Assembly: GCA_964646765.1 (NCBI GenBank)
Contig: CAZYIA010000002.1
Coordinates: 208,735 to 272,734, forward strand
Direction of reading: 5' to 3'
Length of the DNA stretch: 64,000 nucleotides
Source of the DNA: an uncultured Candidatus Saccharibacteria bacterium
Lineage (GTDB): Bacteria > Patescibacteriota > Minisyncoccia > Phycocordibacterales > UBA9973
Within the stretch, counting starts at the first letter, position 1. Every line of letters starts with the position of its first letter. The notes beneath the pieces were generated by a model that ran no database searches, was not told the origin of the DNA, and was given only the letters and a program-made list of their open reading frames with translations. Of the stretch, positions 46,914-55,595 are shown piece after piece. The position numbers were made by a program, and so were the translations under genes.

Positions 46914-47762
46914 ATGAAAAAAATAGTACAAATTATCTTTTCCGCTATTGTAATTGCCCTCTTTGCTTTTAGTACTTCTGCCCAAGCTGCTCTCGGCGTT
47001 TCTGTTGGGGCTCAGTCATCAGGAAATACGCAGGCAGGAGGAGACCGAAATGGTACCCGAGTAGAAGGCCAGGGCAACCTTGATGTATCTATTTCAGGTT
47101 CTAAAGATGACCAGTCTGAAAATACTTCTAGTAGTGATGATTCAAATACTACGGTAACTTCTTCAACACAGGAAGAATCAGATGCTTCAGTTGCTGTTGG
47201 TTCGGTAATGGTCGTTCGCAGTAAGGCGATGAAAGAAACTGCAATGCCTATGAAGGATCCAAGTACCGTTTCAAATCGTTCTGACCTCGAATCATTTATT
47301 ACGGCTTCAGCTCAGAATGATGAAAACTTCCAATCAGCAAGTTCAAGTAATGATGAAGTTTCTCTTCGTTATAAGGAACCAGCTAAACTCTTTGGTTTTC
47401 TCCCGATTTCATTGAGTACCAATGTTAAGGCTGATGCCAATGGTAACGTTAAAGTACATTACCCTTGGTACCGCTTCTTAGTAGCACTTCAAGATTCAGA
47501 TTTACAGTCAAAGATTGAGGCTAAGGTTAACGCGGTCCTCCTCGCAAACGGTGCAAAAGATACTTCTGCAGAATTCTCAGCTTCGACTCAAGCACATCTC
47601 ATCAACGATATTCGTGAGGCACTTCATGAAAGTTATCAGAATATCAAGAACCCAAATGCTAAAGCTAATGCTGACGTAAACGCTTCGGCAAGTGGCACCT
47701 ATGAGAGTGGTAATCTTGATGCGCAAAACGAAACAGATGCTAGCGCAAATGCTGCTCGCTAA
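46914..47762 (+). CDS. Secreted Ser/Asp/Asn-rich hypothetical protein
   Basis: Signal peptide 'MKKIVQIIFSAIVIALFAFSTSAQA'. Low-complexity acidic mature region. Confidence 0.4.
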   Translation: MKKIVQIIFSAIVIALFAFSTSAQAALGVSVGAQSSGNTQAGGDRNGTRVEGQGNLDVSISGSKDDQSENTSSSDDSNTTVTSSTQEESDASVAVGSVMVVRSKAMKETAMPMKDPSTVSNRSDLESFITASAQNDENFQSASSSNDEVSLRYKEPAKLFGFLPISLSTNVKADANGNVKVHYPWYRFLVALQDSDLQSKIEAKVNAVLLANGAKDTSAEFSASTQAHLINDIREALHESYQNIKNPNAKANADVNASASGTYESGNLDAQNETDASANAAR

Positions 47763-47777
47763 ATAAAATATTTCCAC

Positions 47778-47806
47778 AAAAAGCGCCGGAAGGCGCTTTT
47801 TGTTTT
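47778..47806 (+). terminator. Rho-independent terminator
   Basis: 'aaaagcgccggaaggcgctttttgttttt'. Confidence 0.55.
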
Positions 47807-47824
47807 TGCTATACTAAGCCTCCC

Positions 47825-48322
47825 ATGAACTACGAATCATTTTGTGTAGACGCACAGAGAGCTCTAGAAGAAGTAGAAACTTTCCTCACGAACAATGCTA
47901 TCTCTTCACTTACTCCTGACCATCTCTGTTATAAATGTGCTTCACACGATGAGTTTCTCTCTATTCGAACGATGCTGGAAAAAGAAAGTGTTTATTTATA
48001 CGAATCGTGGATTTCTGGTCGGCTAATTGCGGTTTTAAAACTACAACAGCCACTTGAAACATCATTCGGGACTATTGCCTATATAGAACTCCAGGATAAA
48101 AAACAAGGAAGCGGGACAATATCTGGATTCACACATATTGAGTTTTTTCCAAAAGATGGCAATTATGATGCCGCGCTTAAGGTATTAGTCTCGCGCGGTT
48201 TAGATGTGATTGCCGATCCAACCCCGCATCACCCAATTCATGAAATTAAGCTCTCAGATAAATTTGTTTTTCGTCTTGAGCATGAACCAGTGATCAATAA
48301 AATTAAGCGAGAAGAGCTGTAA
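47825..48322 (+). CDS. Hypothetical cytoplasmic protein (possible VOC/glyoxalase-like fold)
   Basis: 165 aa. 'HIEFF' and 'HEIKL' His/Glu pairs are suggestive but weak. Confidence 0.3.
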   Translation: MNYESFCVDAQRALEEVETFLTNNAISSLTPDHLCYKCASHDEFLSIRTMLEKESVYLYESWISGRLIAVLKLQQPLETSFGTIAYIELQDKKQGSGTISGFTHIEFFPKDGNYDAALKVLVSRGLDVIADPTPHHPIHEIKLSDKFVFRLEHEPVINKIKREEL

Positions 48323-48354
48323 AAGCCTATCAGGAGCTGTGTTACAGTAAGAGT

Positions 48355-49515
48355 ATGGCTCCCGAACCACTAGCATCCCAAATACGCCCGAAAACCCTTA
48401 CCGACTTTGTTGGCCAAGAGCATTTGGTTGGGCCGGGGAAGCCTCTCCGAGAGGCAATGGAGAAAAAGCATATATTCTCCTTTATTCTCTGGGGCCCGCC
48501 GGGGGTTGGTAAAACAACACTAGCCCGAATGTATGCCAAAGCTTTGAATGCCGATTACCATGAACTGTCGGCCGTCTCAGCGGGCAAAGATGATATCCGA
48601 ACTATTGTAGAACGCGGCGGAGAGCTCTTTGGGCCAAAGATTCTCTTTCTTGATGAAATCCATCGTTTCAATAAAGCCCAACAAGATTTTTTGCTGCCGT
48701 ATGTTGAGAGTGGAAAGCTTACACTCATTGGTGCAACAACAGAAAATCCGTCATTTGAAGTTATTCCAGCACTACTTTCGCGTTGCCGTGTTTTTGTCTT
48801 GGAAGAATTGAAAGAAGATGACATGCGAAAAATTCTTAAGCGCACCGGGTATAAAATGAAAAAGGATGCGGTAGATTGGCTCATTGCTATGGCAAACGGA
48901 GATGCGCGTCAGGCAATTGCCATGATTGAAAATACAGCAAGTTTGTATACAGATATTACACGTACCAATTTACAAAACACCCTGCAGTCAAAATTTTTAC
49001 GCTACGATAAAAAGGGTGAAGAGCACTACAATACCATTTCGGCATTCATTAAAAGTATGCGAGCTTCACAGCCGGATGCGGCGCTCTATTACTTGGCTCG
49101 TATGATTGAAGCAGGGGAGGATCCAAAATTTATTGCTCGGCGAATGGTGATTTTTGCCTCTGAAGATATTGGCATGTCTCAGCCTACGGCACTCGTAGTT
49201 GCAAACGAAGTGTTTAAGGCGTGCGAAACCATAGGATTACCAGAATGTGGCATCAACTTAGCTCACGGCGTAGTGTATCTTTCAGTTGCGCCGAAAGAAA
49301 AAAATTCTTACTACGCGTACATGGAAGCGCTCGACGATGCGAAAAAATACGGCAACTTGCCAATTCCTATGAAGATCAGAAATGCACCAACCAAATTAAT
49401 GAAAGATCTCGGGTATGGGGAAGGCTATGAAAAATACACCAAAGAAGATTTATTGCCTGAGAAACTAAAAGGTAGAACGTACTATAAACCAAAAAAGAAA
49501 AAGGGTGGGAAATAA
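48355..49515 (+). CDS. rarA: Replication-associated recombination protein A (MgsA/RarA AAA+ ATPase)
   Basis: Walker A 'LWGPPGVGKTTLARMYAK'. Walker B 'ILFLDEIHRFNKAQQD'. C-terminal MgsA_C 'DAALYYLARMIEAGEDPKFIARRM'. Confidence 0.85.
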   Translation: MAPEPLASQIRPKTLTDFVGQEHLVGPGKPLREAMEKKHIFSFILWGPPGVGKTTLARMYAKALNADYHELSAVSAGKDDIRTIVERGGELFGPKILFLDEIHRFNKAQQDFLLPYVESGKLTLIGATTENPSFEVIPALLSRCRVFVLEELKEDDMRKILKRTGYKMKKDAVDWLIAMANGDARQAIAMIENTASLYTDITRTNLQNTLQSKFLRYDKKGEEHYNTISAFIKSMRASQPDAALYYLARMIEAGEDPKFIARRMVIFASEDIGMSQPTALVVANEVFKACETIGLPECGINLAHGVVYLSVAPKEKNSYYAYMEALDDAKKYGNLPIPMKIRNAPTKLMKDLGYGEGYEKYTKEDLLPEKLKGRTYYKPKKKKGGK

Positions 49516-49546
49516 AACCTCTCGTGTGATAGAGTAATCTCTACGT

Positions 49547-51334
49547 ATGAAATTTGCCGCCAAAAACCAAGGGATCGAGGGTCCTCCATATCCTCTCAAA
49601 GATCTCTTTCGTGACCTGTGGCGGTATATTCGTCCCCATAAAGGGTCATTCTTTTTGGCCACCTTGTTGCGGATTGTAAGCGATATTGCAGCTCTGTACC
49701 CACCATATGCCATTGGCCGAATGGTAACTATTCTTTCGCAGACTGGGTTTACTAAGGCGGTACTTATTCACGAATCACTTTTTGTTGTTATTACCTGGGG
49801 AATCGCTATTTCTTTTCGCTACCTCACTATTTACCTGGCAAAGCGTATCGGGTTATATATGGCAACAAAAGTATTTTTGGATGTCCACGTTTCCATGCTC
49901 GAGGTACTCTTTGCTCGCGACAGCGCCTGGCATGAAAAAGAATCGAGCGGCTCAAAGCTAAAACGGGTTTCAAATGGAGCTGATAGTTACAATCTCATTA
50001 TTAGAACTTGGATTAACAACCTCATTGAAATTGTAGTTCGGTTTATTTCCATTCCATTTATTTTGGCCACCTTTGATCATACCGCAGCACTCATCATGAT
50101 TTTCTTCATGGTGACCTACTTCTGTGTTTCATACTTTTTAGCAAAGCCGGCGCTTAAGGCAGCGTATCAGGTTAGTATCGACGAAGAAGGTGTTCATGGT
50201 GTCGCGTTTGAGGCACTCTCAAATGTGCGTTCAGTACAAGTACTCGATCTTTCAGGGGGAATTCTCGTTCAAATTCGTCAGGCTGTTACGAAGCTACTCG
50301 CGAGTTATCGTGCCCGTATTAAAGCTTTTCAATTTCGTGGTTCTTTTTCGGCTTGGTATGGCGATATGTTTCGAGTGGTCAGTGTTGCGTATCTTGCCTT
50401 TGAGGTTATTCAAGGTCGCTATGCTATTGGTTTCTTAGTTACATTCTCCTCATACTTCTTCAACATTTGGGAATCAGTACGTGAACTCTCTGATGTCTCC
50501 CAAGATTTAATTATTGCTACTCAGATGATTGGTCGAATGCATGATCTGATTGGCCGCGTACCTGATGACGCTGGGGTAAATCGAGGGAGTATTCCATTTC
50601 CGGAAACGTGGAAAGAAATTAGTCTCGAAAATATTTCGTTTTCGTACGGGGACCATGAAGCGCTCTCTAATGTATCGTTTACCATTAAACGCGGAGAAAA
50701 AGTCGGCGTCGTTGGTCTTTCAGGAGCCGGTAAATCAACCCTCTTTAAGCTACTTCTTAAGGAACGAATGAATTGGAAAGGGAAGATTACTCTAGGTGCG
50801 GTTCCACTCGAAAATATTAAAACAGATGAATACCGTAACCATGTGTCAGTAGTTCTTCAAGAAACCGAAGTATTTAATTTAACTCTTCGCCAGAATATTC
50901 TTCTGGGTAATACAACTGCCACCGAAGAAGATTTAAACAAAGCACTTACCGTTGCTCATGTTCGTGATTTTATTGCTAAGCTTCCACAAGGACTTGATAC
51001 TGTTATAGGCGAAAAAGGAATTAAACTTTCTGGTGGAGAAAAACAGCGGCTTGGTATTGCTCGAGCTGTCGTGCGTAAACCATCGATTTTATTCTTAGAC
51101 GAAGCCACTTCGCATCTTGATCTTGAAAGTGAAGAAAAAATTAAACAGTCACTTCACGAGTTTTTTCAAAGTGTAACAGCGGTTGTTATTGCCCATCGTT
51201 TAACAACAATTCGCGAAATGGATCGTATCATTGTTGTGGAAGGTGGCCGCATTGTTGAAGAGGGAAGTTTTGAAGCACTTCATGCGAAGAAAGGCCGTTT
51301 TTATGAACTCTGGGAAAAACAACATCTTGGTTAA
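49547..51334 (+). CDS. ABC exporter, fused permease-ATPase (MsbA/MdlB-like)
   Basis: 6-TM domain followed by an NBD. 'GLSGAGKSTL', '[15 protein letters not shown]', 'ILFLDEATSHLD', H-loop 'AHRL'. Confidence 0.85.
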   Translation: MKFAAKNQGIEGPPYPLKDLFRDLWRYIRPHKGSFFLATLLRIVSDIAALYPPYAIGRMVTILSQTGFTKAVLIHESLFVVITWGIAISFRYLTIYLAKRIGLYMATKVFLDVHVSMLEVLFARDSAWHEKESSGSKLKRVSNGADSYNLIIRTWINNLIEIVVRFISIPFILATFDHTAALIMIFFMVTYFCVSYFLAKPALKAAYQVSIDEEGVHGVAFEALSNVRSVQVLDLSGGILVQIRQAVTKLLASYRARIKAFQFRGSFSAWYGDMFRVVSVAYLAFEVIQGRYAIGFLVTFSSYFFNIWESVRELSDVSQDLIIATQMIGRMHDLIGRVPDDAGVNRGSIPFPETWKEISLENISFSYGDHEALSNVSFTIKRGEKVGVVGLSGAGKSTLFKLLLKERMNWKGKITLGAVPLENIKTDEYRNHVSVVLQETEVFNLTLRQNILLGNTTATEEDLNKALTVAHVRDFIAKLPQGLDTVIGEKGIKLSGGEKQRLGIARAVVRKPSILFLDEATSHLDLESEEKIKQSLHEFFQSVTAVVIAHRLTTIREMDRIIVVEGGRIVEEGSFEALHAKKGRFYELWEKQHLG

Positions 51335-51337
51335 GCT

Positions 51338-52039
51338 ATGAAAAAAATTACTCACGACGAACAGCAGAGGTTTTGGGATGAAGAACACGGAACACCAACC
51401 GTACTTCTTCAAATGGATTCTAAGGAAGCTTCAGGTGGGGTAGAGAAGTTTTGGAATTTTCTCAAAGATATTCCAGGTGAAAAAACAGGAATAGAAATGG
51501 GCTGTGGTAAAGGACGCAACGTTATTTGGCTAGCCAAACAGCCAGGGGTACGCTCTATGGCTGGTTTCGATTTTTCGAAAAATGCTATCCGCGAAGCACA
51601 GCTTCGAGCAAAAGAAGCTGGAGTTTTAGAAAAAGTTTCTTTCTATACTGCCGACGCCACATTCATGTGGCCATACCCAAGTGCGAGTTTTGATTTCGGT
51701 ATTGATTGCTTTGCTTCAACTGATATTGAAAGCAAGGAAGGTAGAGAGGCTGCAGTGTTAGAGATGTATCGTGTAATAAGGCCAGGGGGACATGTTCTTG
51801 TATACGCTCTTTCACCAGACGACGCTTTTCATAAGGAAATGATCGAACAGTCACCTGCTCATGAAGAGAATGCTTTTTATCATCACACTGGCAAGTTCGA
51901 AAAAACGTTTACCGAGAAAGAACTCCGTGAACTTTTCTCGACATTTCATATAGTAGCTTTCGAACGTATTGATAAAGTTGCTACTTTTTTTGGCAAACAG
52001 TATCCCTGTAAACATTTCTGGATAATTCTGCAAAAGTAG
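51338..52039 (+). CDS. Class I SAM-dependent methyltransferase
   Basis: Motif I 'GIEMGCGKGRNVIWLA'. Acidic motif II 'GFDFS'. 233 aa. Confidence 0.7.
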   Translation: MKKITHDEQQRFWDEEHGTPTVLLQMDSKEASGGVEKFWNFLKDIPGEKTGIEMGCGKGRNVIWLAKQPGVRSMAGFDFSKNAIREAQLRAKEAGVLEKVSFYTADATFMWPYPSASFDFGIDCFASTDIESKEGREAAVLEMYRVIRPGGHVLVYALSPDDAFHKEMIEQSPAHEENAFYHHTGKFEKTFTEKELRELFSTFHIVAFERIDKVATFFGKQYPCKHFWIILQK

Positions 52040-52040
52040 T

Positions 52041-52532
52041 ATGTATCACCCAGTTGTTACAAAAATCAGATCAATCCTCGAAGAGAGAAATATCACATAT
52101 AGATTTTTTGAGCATGAGGCTGTACGTACTAGCGAAGAAGCACATGCACTCCGACCTGAGTATAAGCTCGCGCAAGGGGCAAAAGCATTGATCATTAAAT
52201 GTAAAATTCCGAATGCCGAGCGGAAGTTTATTATGTGTGTTATTCCAGGAGATGCTCGACTGGATAGCGAAAAAGTGAAAGCATTAGTTTCCGCAAAGAG
52301 TATTACTTTTGCTACCAAAGAAGAAGCCGATGCAATAACCGGTGGAGTTGAATTTGGAGGTGTACCGCCATTTGGAAATCTATTTGGTATTCCGGTATAT
52401 ATGGATCCAAAACTTTCAGAGAACGAAGAAATTATATTTAACTGTGGTGATCGTCGAGCATCAATTGCTCTCGCGTTCAAAGACTACGAAAAACTAGTTC
52501 AGCCAATTCGATCAGATATTACGCTTTTGTAA
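52041..52532 (+). CDS. YbaK/ProX-type aminoacyl-tRNA trans-editing deacylase
   Basis: 163 aa. 'KALIIKCK...FIMCVIPGDARLDSEKVKAL' matches the YbaK/EbsC fold pattern including the conserved Lys. Confidence 0.65.
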   Translation: MYHPVVTKIRSILEERNITYRFFEHEAVRTSEEAHALRPEYKLAQGAKALIIKCKIPNAERKFIMCVIPGDARLDSEKVKALVSAKSITFATKEEADAITGGVEFGGVPPFGNLFGIPVYMDPKLSENEEIIFNCGDRRASIALAFKDYEKLVQPIRSDITLL

Positions 52533-53436
52533 GTGCGCGCTGCGACTTCCAAAAGAAAAATCCGATAACAATAAACGTAGCAACTGGCGAGAGCCACTCA
52601 GGAATATGTGCACCAAAAGCATCAAGAAGCATGATGATGCCGAGTACCAGTATTGAGTACATCGCTCCGTTTTTTAGGTAGATATATTTTTTAATTCGCT
52701 CGATGTTTCCAACAGTGAGTTGGCGAAGTACAAGAGCACCGATACCGTTACCAATTAAGATAAGAGGTACTGAAAGGGTAAAGGCAAATGCGCCAAGCAC
52801 ACCGTCGATGGAGAACGTTGTATCGATAACTTCTAAGTAAAGGATTTTTGAAAGGTCAGAAAGGCTGTTTCCCGCTAAAAGAGTTTTTTCTTGTGCTTCA
52901 GCATTTTGCTTGAAGCCGTGGGTGATAAAGAAAGCAGTTGAGCCAACCACGGTGCCAAATGCAATAAGGAAATTTATTTTACCACCAGTCCATACTAGAG
53001 CCGCAAGAATAACTGAGACAACCGCGTAAAACCAAATTGCTTGGCGAGCAAAAAATTTCTCATGAGGCAGACCAAATTCTTTTGGCTCCTGAAACAACCA
53101 GTGAAAGAAAAGAAATACCAAGAAAGTACCACCGCCAGCAAGTAGCATTGGGGAAGAGCTTTCTACTGCGGTAAGAACTCGCGGATCGTTCGAAAATGTT
53201 GCAGTGAGAGCTTGGACTGGGCCTAATCCAGGAGTGGCCAGCCAGACAATAAGCCATGGAAGAATACCGCGGACAACAACAACGGCAAAAAGAAGTCCCC
53301 AGAAGAGAAACCACTTGCGGCCTTTATCGCTCATTGTGCCTAAGACTTCAGCGTTAACAACCGCATTGTCGATACTTGAGATAATTTCAAATACGGCAAG
53401 ACCTAAGACAGTTAAAATCATACTGGTTATATGCAT
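52519..53436 (-). CDS. TerC/DUF475-like integral membrane protein
   Basis: 'FEIISSIDNAVVNAEVL' (SxDNA motif). About 8 TM. Confidence 0.4.
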   Translation of the reverse strand: MHITSMILTVLGLAVFEIISSIDNAVVNAEVLGTMSDKGRKWFLFWGLLFAVVVVRGILPWLIVWLATPGLGPVQALTATFSNDPRVLTAVESSSPMLLAGGGTFLVFLFFHWLFQEPKEFGLPHEKFFARQAIWFYAVVSVILAALVWTGGKINFLIAFGTVVGSTAFFITHGFKQNAEAQEKTLLAGNSLSDLSKILYLEVIDTTFSIDGVLGAFAFTLSVPLILIGNGIGALVLRQLTVGNIERIKKYIYLKNGAMYSILVLGIIMLLDAFGAHIPEWLSPVATFIVIGFFFWKSQRALTKA

Positions 53437-53506
53437 AGGCGGTAGTGTAGCATTTTTACACCGAAAAATGTTCCCAAATCAGCCCTATGGTGTATAGTAG
53501 TGCGAT

Positions 53507-54439
53507 ATGGAAAATACCCAAGAAACCAAGCAGCAGGAGACTATTCGTCCGCTGTTTTCTGGTCCTACGTATATTGTTATTGCTGCTCTTCTGTGGGGAC
53601 TTGATGGCATCTTGCGTCGATCACTTCAGGGTGTGCCGCCACTTCACATTATCTTCTTTGAACATCTCGTTGGATCGCTCATTCTCTTGCCAGCCGGATT
53701 TGCCTTTTGGGGACAAACAAAAATAACTAAAAAAGAGTGGGGAGTGATTGCTCTTGTTTCATTGCTTTCGGGTCTTCTCGGAACTCTCTTCTTTACTGCC
53801 GCACTCTTAAAGACAATGTTCATTTCATTCTCAGTTGTCTTTTTACTTCAAAAATTACAACCAATTTTTGCTATTGGCACCGCACACCTTTTCTTGCGTG
53901 AACCAATTAGTAAAAAATATATTGGCTGGGCATTGCTGGCACTTATTGCTGCGTACTTTGTTACGTTCCCAAATGGCATTATCAATTTTGCTACTGGTAC
54001 TGGAACTATTGTTGCTGCGTTGCTTGCATTTGGTGCCGCAGTGGCATGGGGCTCTTCAACAACATTTTCTAAAATGGCCCTCAAGGACCATAACTCAACA
54101 CTTATTACCGCACTTCGTTTTTGGCTTACAACATTAATGGCTTTTGCAGTTATCGTTATTTCAGGTGCCTTCCATACCGTTGCTTGGCCGACGGGAAGTG
54201 AAACCATTCGTTACGTTATCATTGCTCTCTCAACCGGAATGGTGGCTCTTCTTTTGTACTATCGTGGACTTAAAGTAACTCCGGTTCGCATTTCAACTAT
54301 TTTAGAGCTCACGTTCCCATTTGTTGCGGTATTGATTGATGTCTTTCTCTATCATACAGTGCTTGCGCCGTTACAGTATGTGGCAGGTGTCGTTCTTCTC
54401 TACGCTATGTACCGCATTGCGGGACTTCGCAGCGAATAA
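53507..54439 (+). CDS. EamA/DMT-superfamily transporter (10 TM)
   Basis: Two EamA-like halves. 310 aa. Confidence 0.55.
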   Translation: MENTQETKQQETIRPLFSGPTYIVIAALLWGLDGILRRSLQGVPPLHIIFFEHLVGSLILLPAGFAFWGQTKITKKEWGVIALVSLLSGLLGTLFFTAALLKTMFISFSVVFLLQKLQPIFAIGTAHLFLREPISKKYIGWALLALIAAYFVTFPNGIINFATGTGTIVAALLAFGAAVAWGSSTTFSKMALKDHNSTLITALRFWLTTLMAFAVIVISGAFHTVAWPTGSETIRYVIIALSTGMVALLLYYRGLKVTPVRISTILELTFPFVAVLIDVFLYHTVLAPLQYVAGVVLLYAMYRIAGLRSE

Positions 54440-54441
54440 CT

Positions 54442-54822
54442 ATGCTTACGTTTACAACCATTGCCATAACAGGGAAGGGCCGTGGTAAAGGGCTAGGATT
54501 TCCGACCATTAATATGCAAATCCCAGGGGATGTTCCGCTATCGCTTCCCGAAGGTATTTACGCTGCACAAGTTACTGTAAATAATGAAATATATGGCGGA
54601 GCCTTGTTTTACGGCTCAATTCCCGTTTTTGGGGAGAGTGAAAAATCACTCGAAGTGTATCTTGTTGATTCTGGTTACATCTCGGTAAATCCAGGAGAGG
54701 AGGTGCAAGTTTCGGTTAAAAAATTCATTCGCCCAGTGCAAAATTTTTCGAGTCCCGAACTGATGGTGCTTCAAATGGAGAAGGATGTCGCCAACGTGCG
54801 AGCTATCCTGGAAAAAATATAG
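54442..54822 (+). CDS. Stand-alone riboflavin kinase domain
   Basis: 'ITGKGRGKGLGFPTINMQ...GIYAAQV...YGGALFYGSIPVFGESEKSLEVYLVD' matches the RibF C-terminal flavokinase pattern (GRG..LG.PTAN..., VHLLDF). Confidence 0.65.
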   Translation: MLTFTTIAITGKGRGKGLGFPTINMQIPGDVPLSLPEGIYAAQVTVNNEIYGGALFYGSIPVFGESEKSLEVYLVDSGYISVNPGEEVQVSVKKFIRPVQNFSSPELMVLQMEKDVANVRAILEKI

Positions 54823-54868
54823 CCCTGCAACATATATTGCAGGGCCATATCATTAGTTCTTTTTCTTC

Positions 54869-55501
54869 TTAGGTTATTATCAGTGCCGGAAGTTTGATTT
54901 TATCTTTATTGCTTTTAAAGAAAAATCTTTCAGCAAGTTTAGGTCCGATGTAGTCATCGGGAACTACCGGTTCGCTAAAGATACGAAATCTTTTCTTCTT
55001 GTGCTCTATCCGCAGTAATTGCAGGTTATGCTGCTTAGTAGCATCACAAACAGTGAACACTGCTTTAACCCAATATATTCTATCTCGGTATTCAATGGCC
55101 CACAGTATCAAGGCAAGCAAAATCATTACCGGGGAGATACCGAAAAGAACGGCAACAAGTTCAGCAAAACTTTGTATTGGCGGAGTGTCCTCGTAGTAGT
55201 GCAAGCTTCCTCCGTCAGTAAGCGCAAAACAGGTTGTTGAGCAGAAAAGTACAGCAGTTGCGAAAACCAACAATTTTTTGGCTGAGAATTTAGCCTTGCG
55301 GTTGGTGTATAAGGTACTGAGCTTTCCACCCAGGATTTTTAGTAACTGCCATATAACCATACCTGCGGGTACAGAAATTACGGCAAATAGGAAAGATACC
55401 TTATGCTGGACCCCAGGGTCAGCGAACATTCCGTGTTTATTAGCAAAGCCGGGAAGGCAAGAGGCTCCCAAAAGGGCTACCAAAAGAAATAGCTTTTTCA
55501 T
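54869..55501 (-). CDS. Hypothetical membrane protein with signal peptide
   Basis: 'MKKLFLLVALLGASCLPGFA'. 210 aa. Confidence 0.35.
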   Translation of the reverse strand: MKKLFLLVALLGASCLPGFANKHGMFADPGVQHKVSFLFAVISVPAGMVIWQLLKILGGKLSTLYTNRKAKFSAKKLLVFATAVLFCSTTCFALTDGGSLHYYEDTPPIQSFAELVAVLFGISPVMILLALILWAIEYRDRIYWVKAVFTVCDATKQHNLQLLRIEHKKKRFRIFSEPVVPDDYIGPKLAERFFFKSNKDKIKLPALIIT

Positions 55502-55595
55502 ACTTCTAAGAATTTATTGTTTAATTTTGAATATCTTTTTCACTATACAACGGAAATTAAAAAAGACAAATGGTGGCCTATGCTATACTTTTTCT

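Noticed and set aside
54822-54847. Hairpin 'gccctgcaacatatattgcagggc' as rho-independent terminator
   Set aside because: Perfect stem but no following T-tract on either strand. It may still act as a bidirectional stabiliser. Not called as a terminator.
55278-55595. N-terminal 106-aa extension of the pepN ORF
   Set aside because: Overlaps the convergent gene at 54869-55501. M1 aminopeptidase homology begins only after Met at 55596, which has a 'tatact' -10 upstream.
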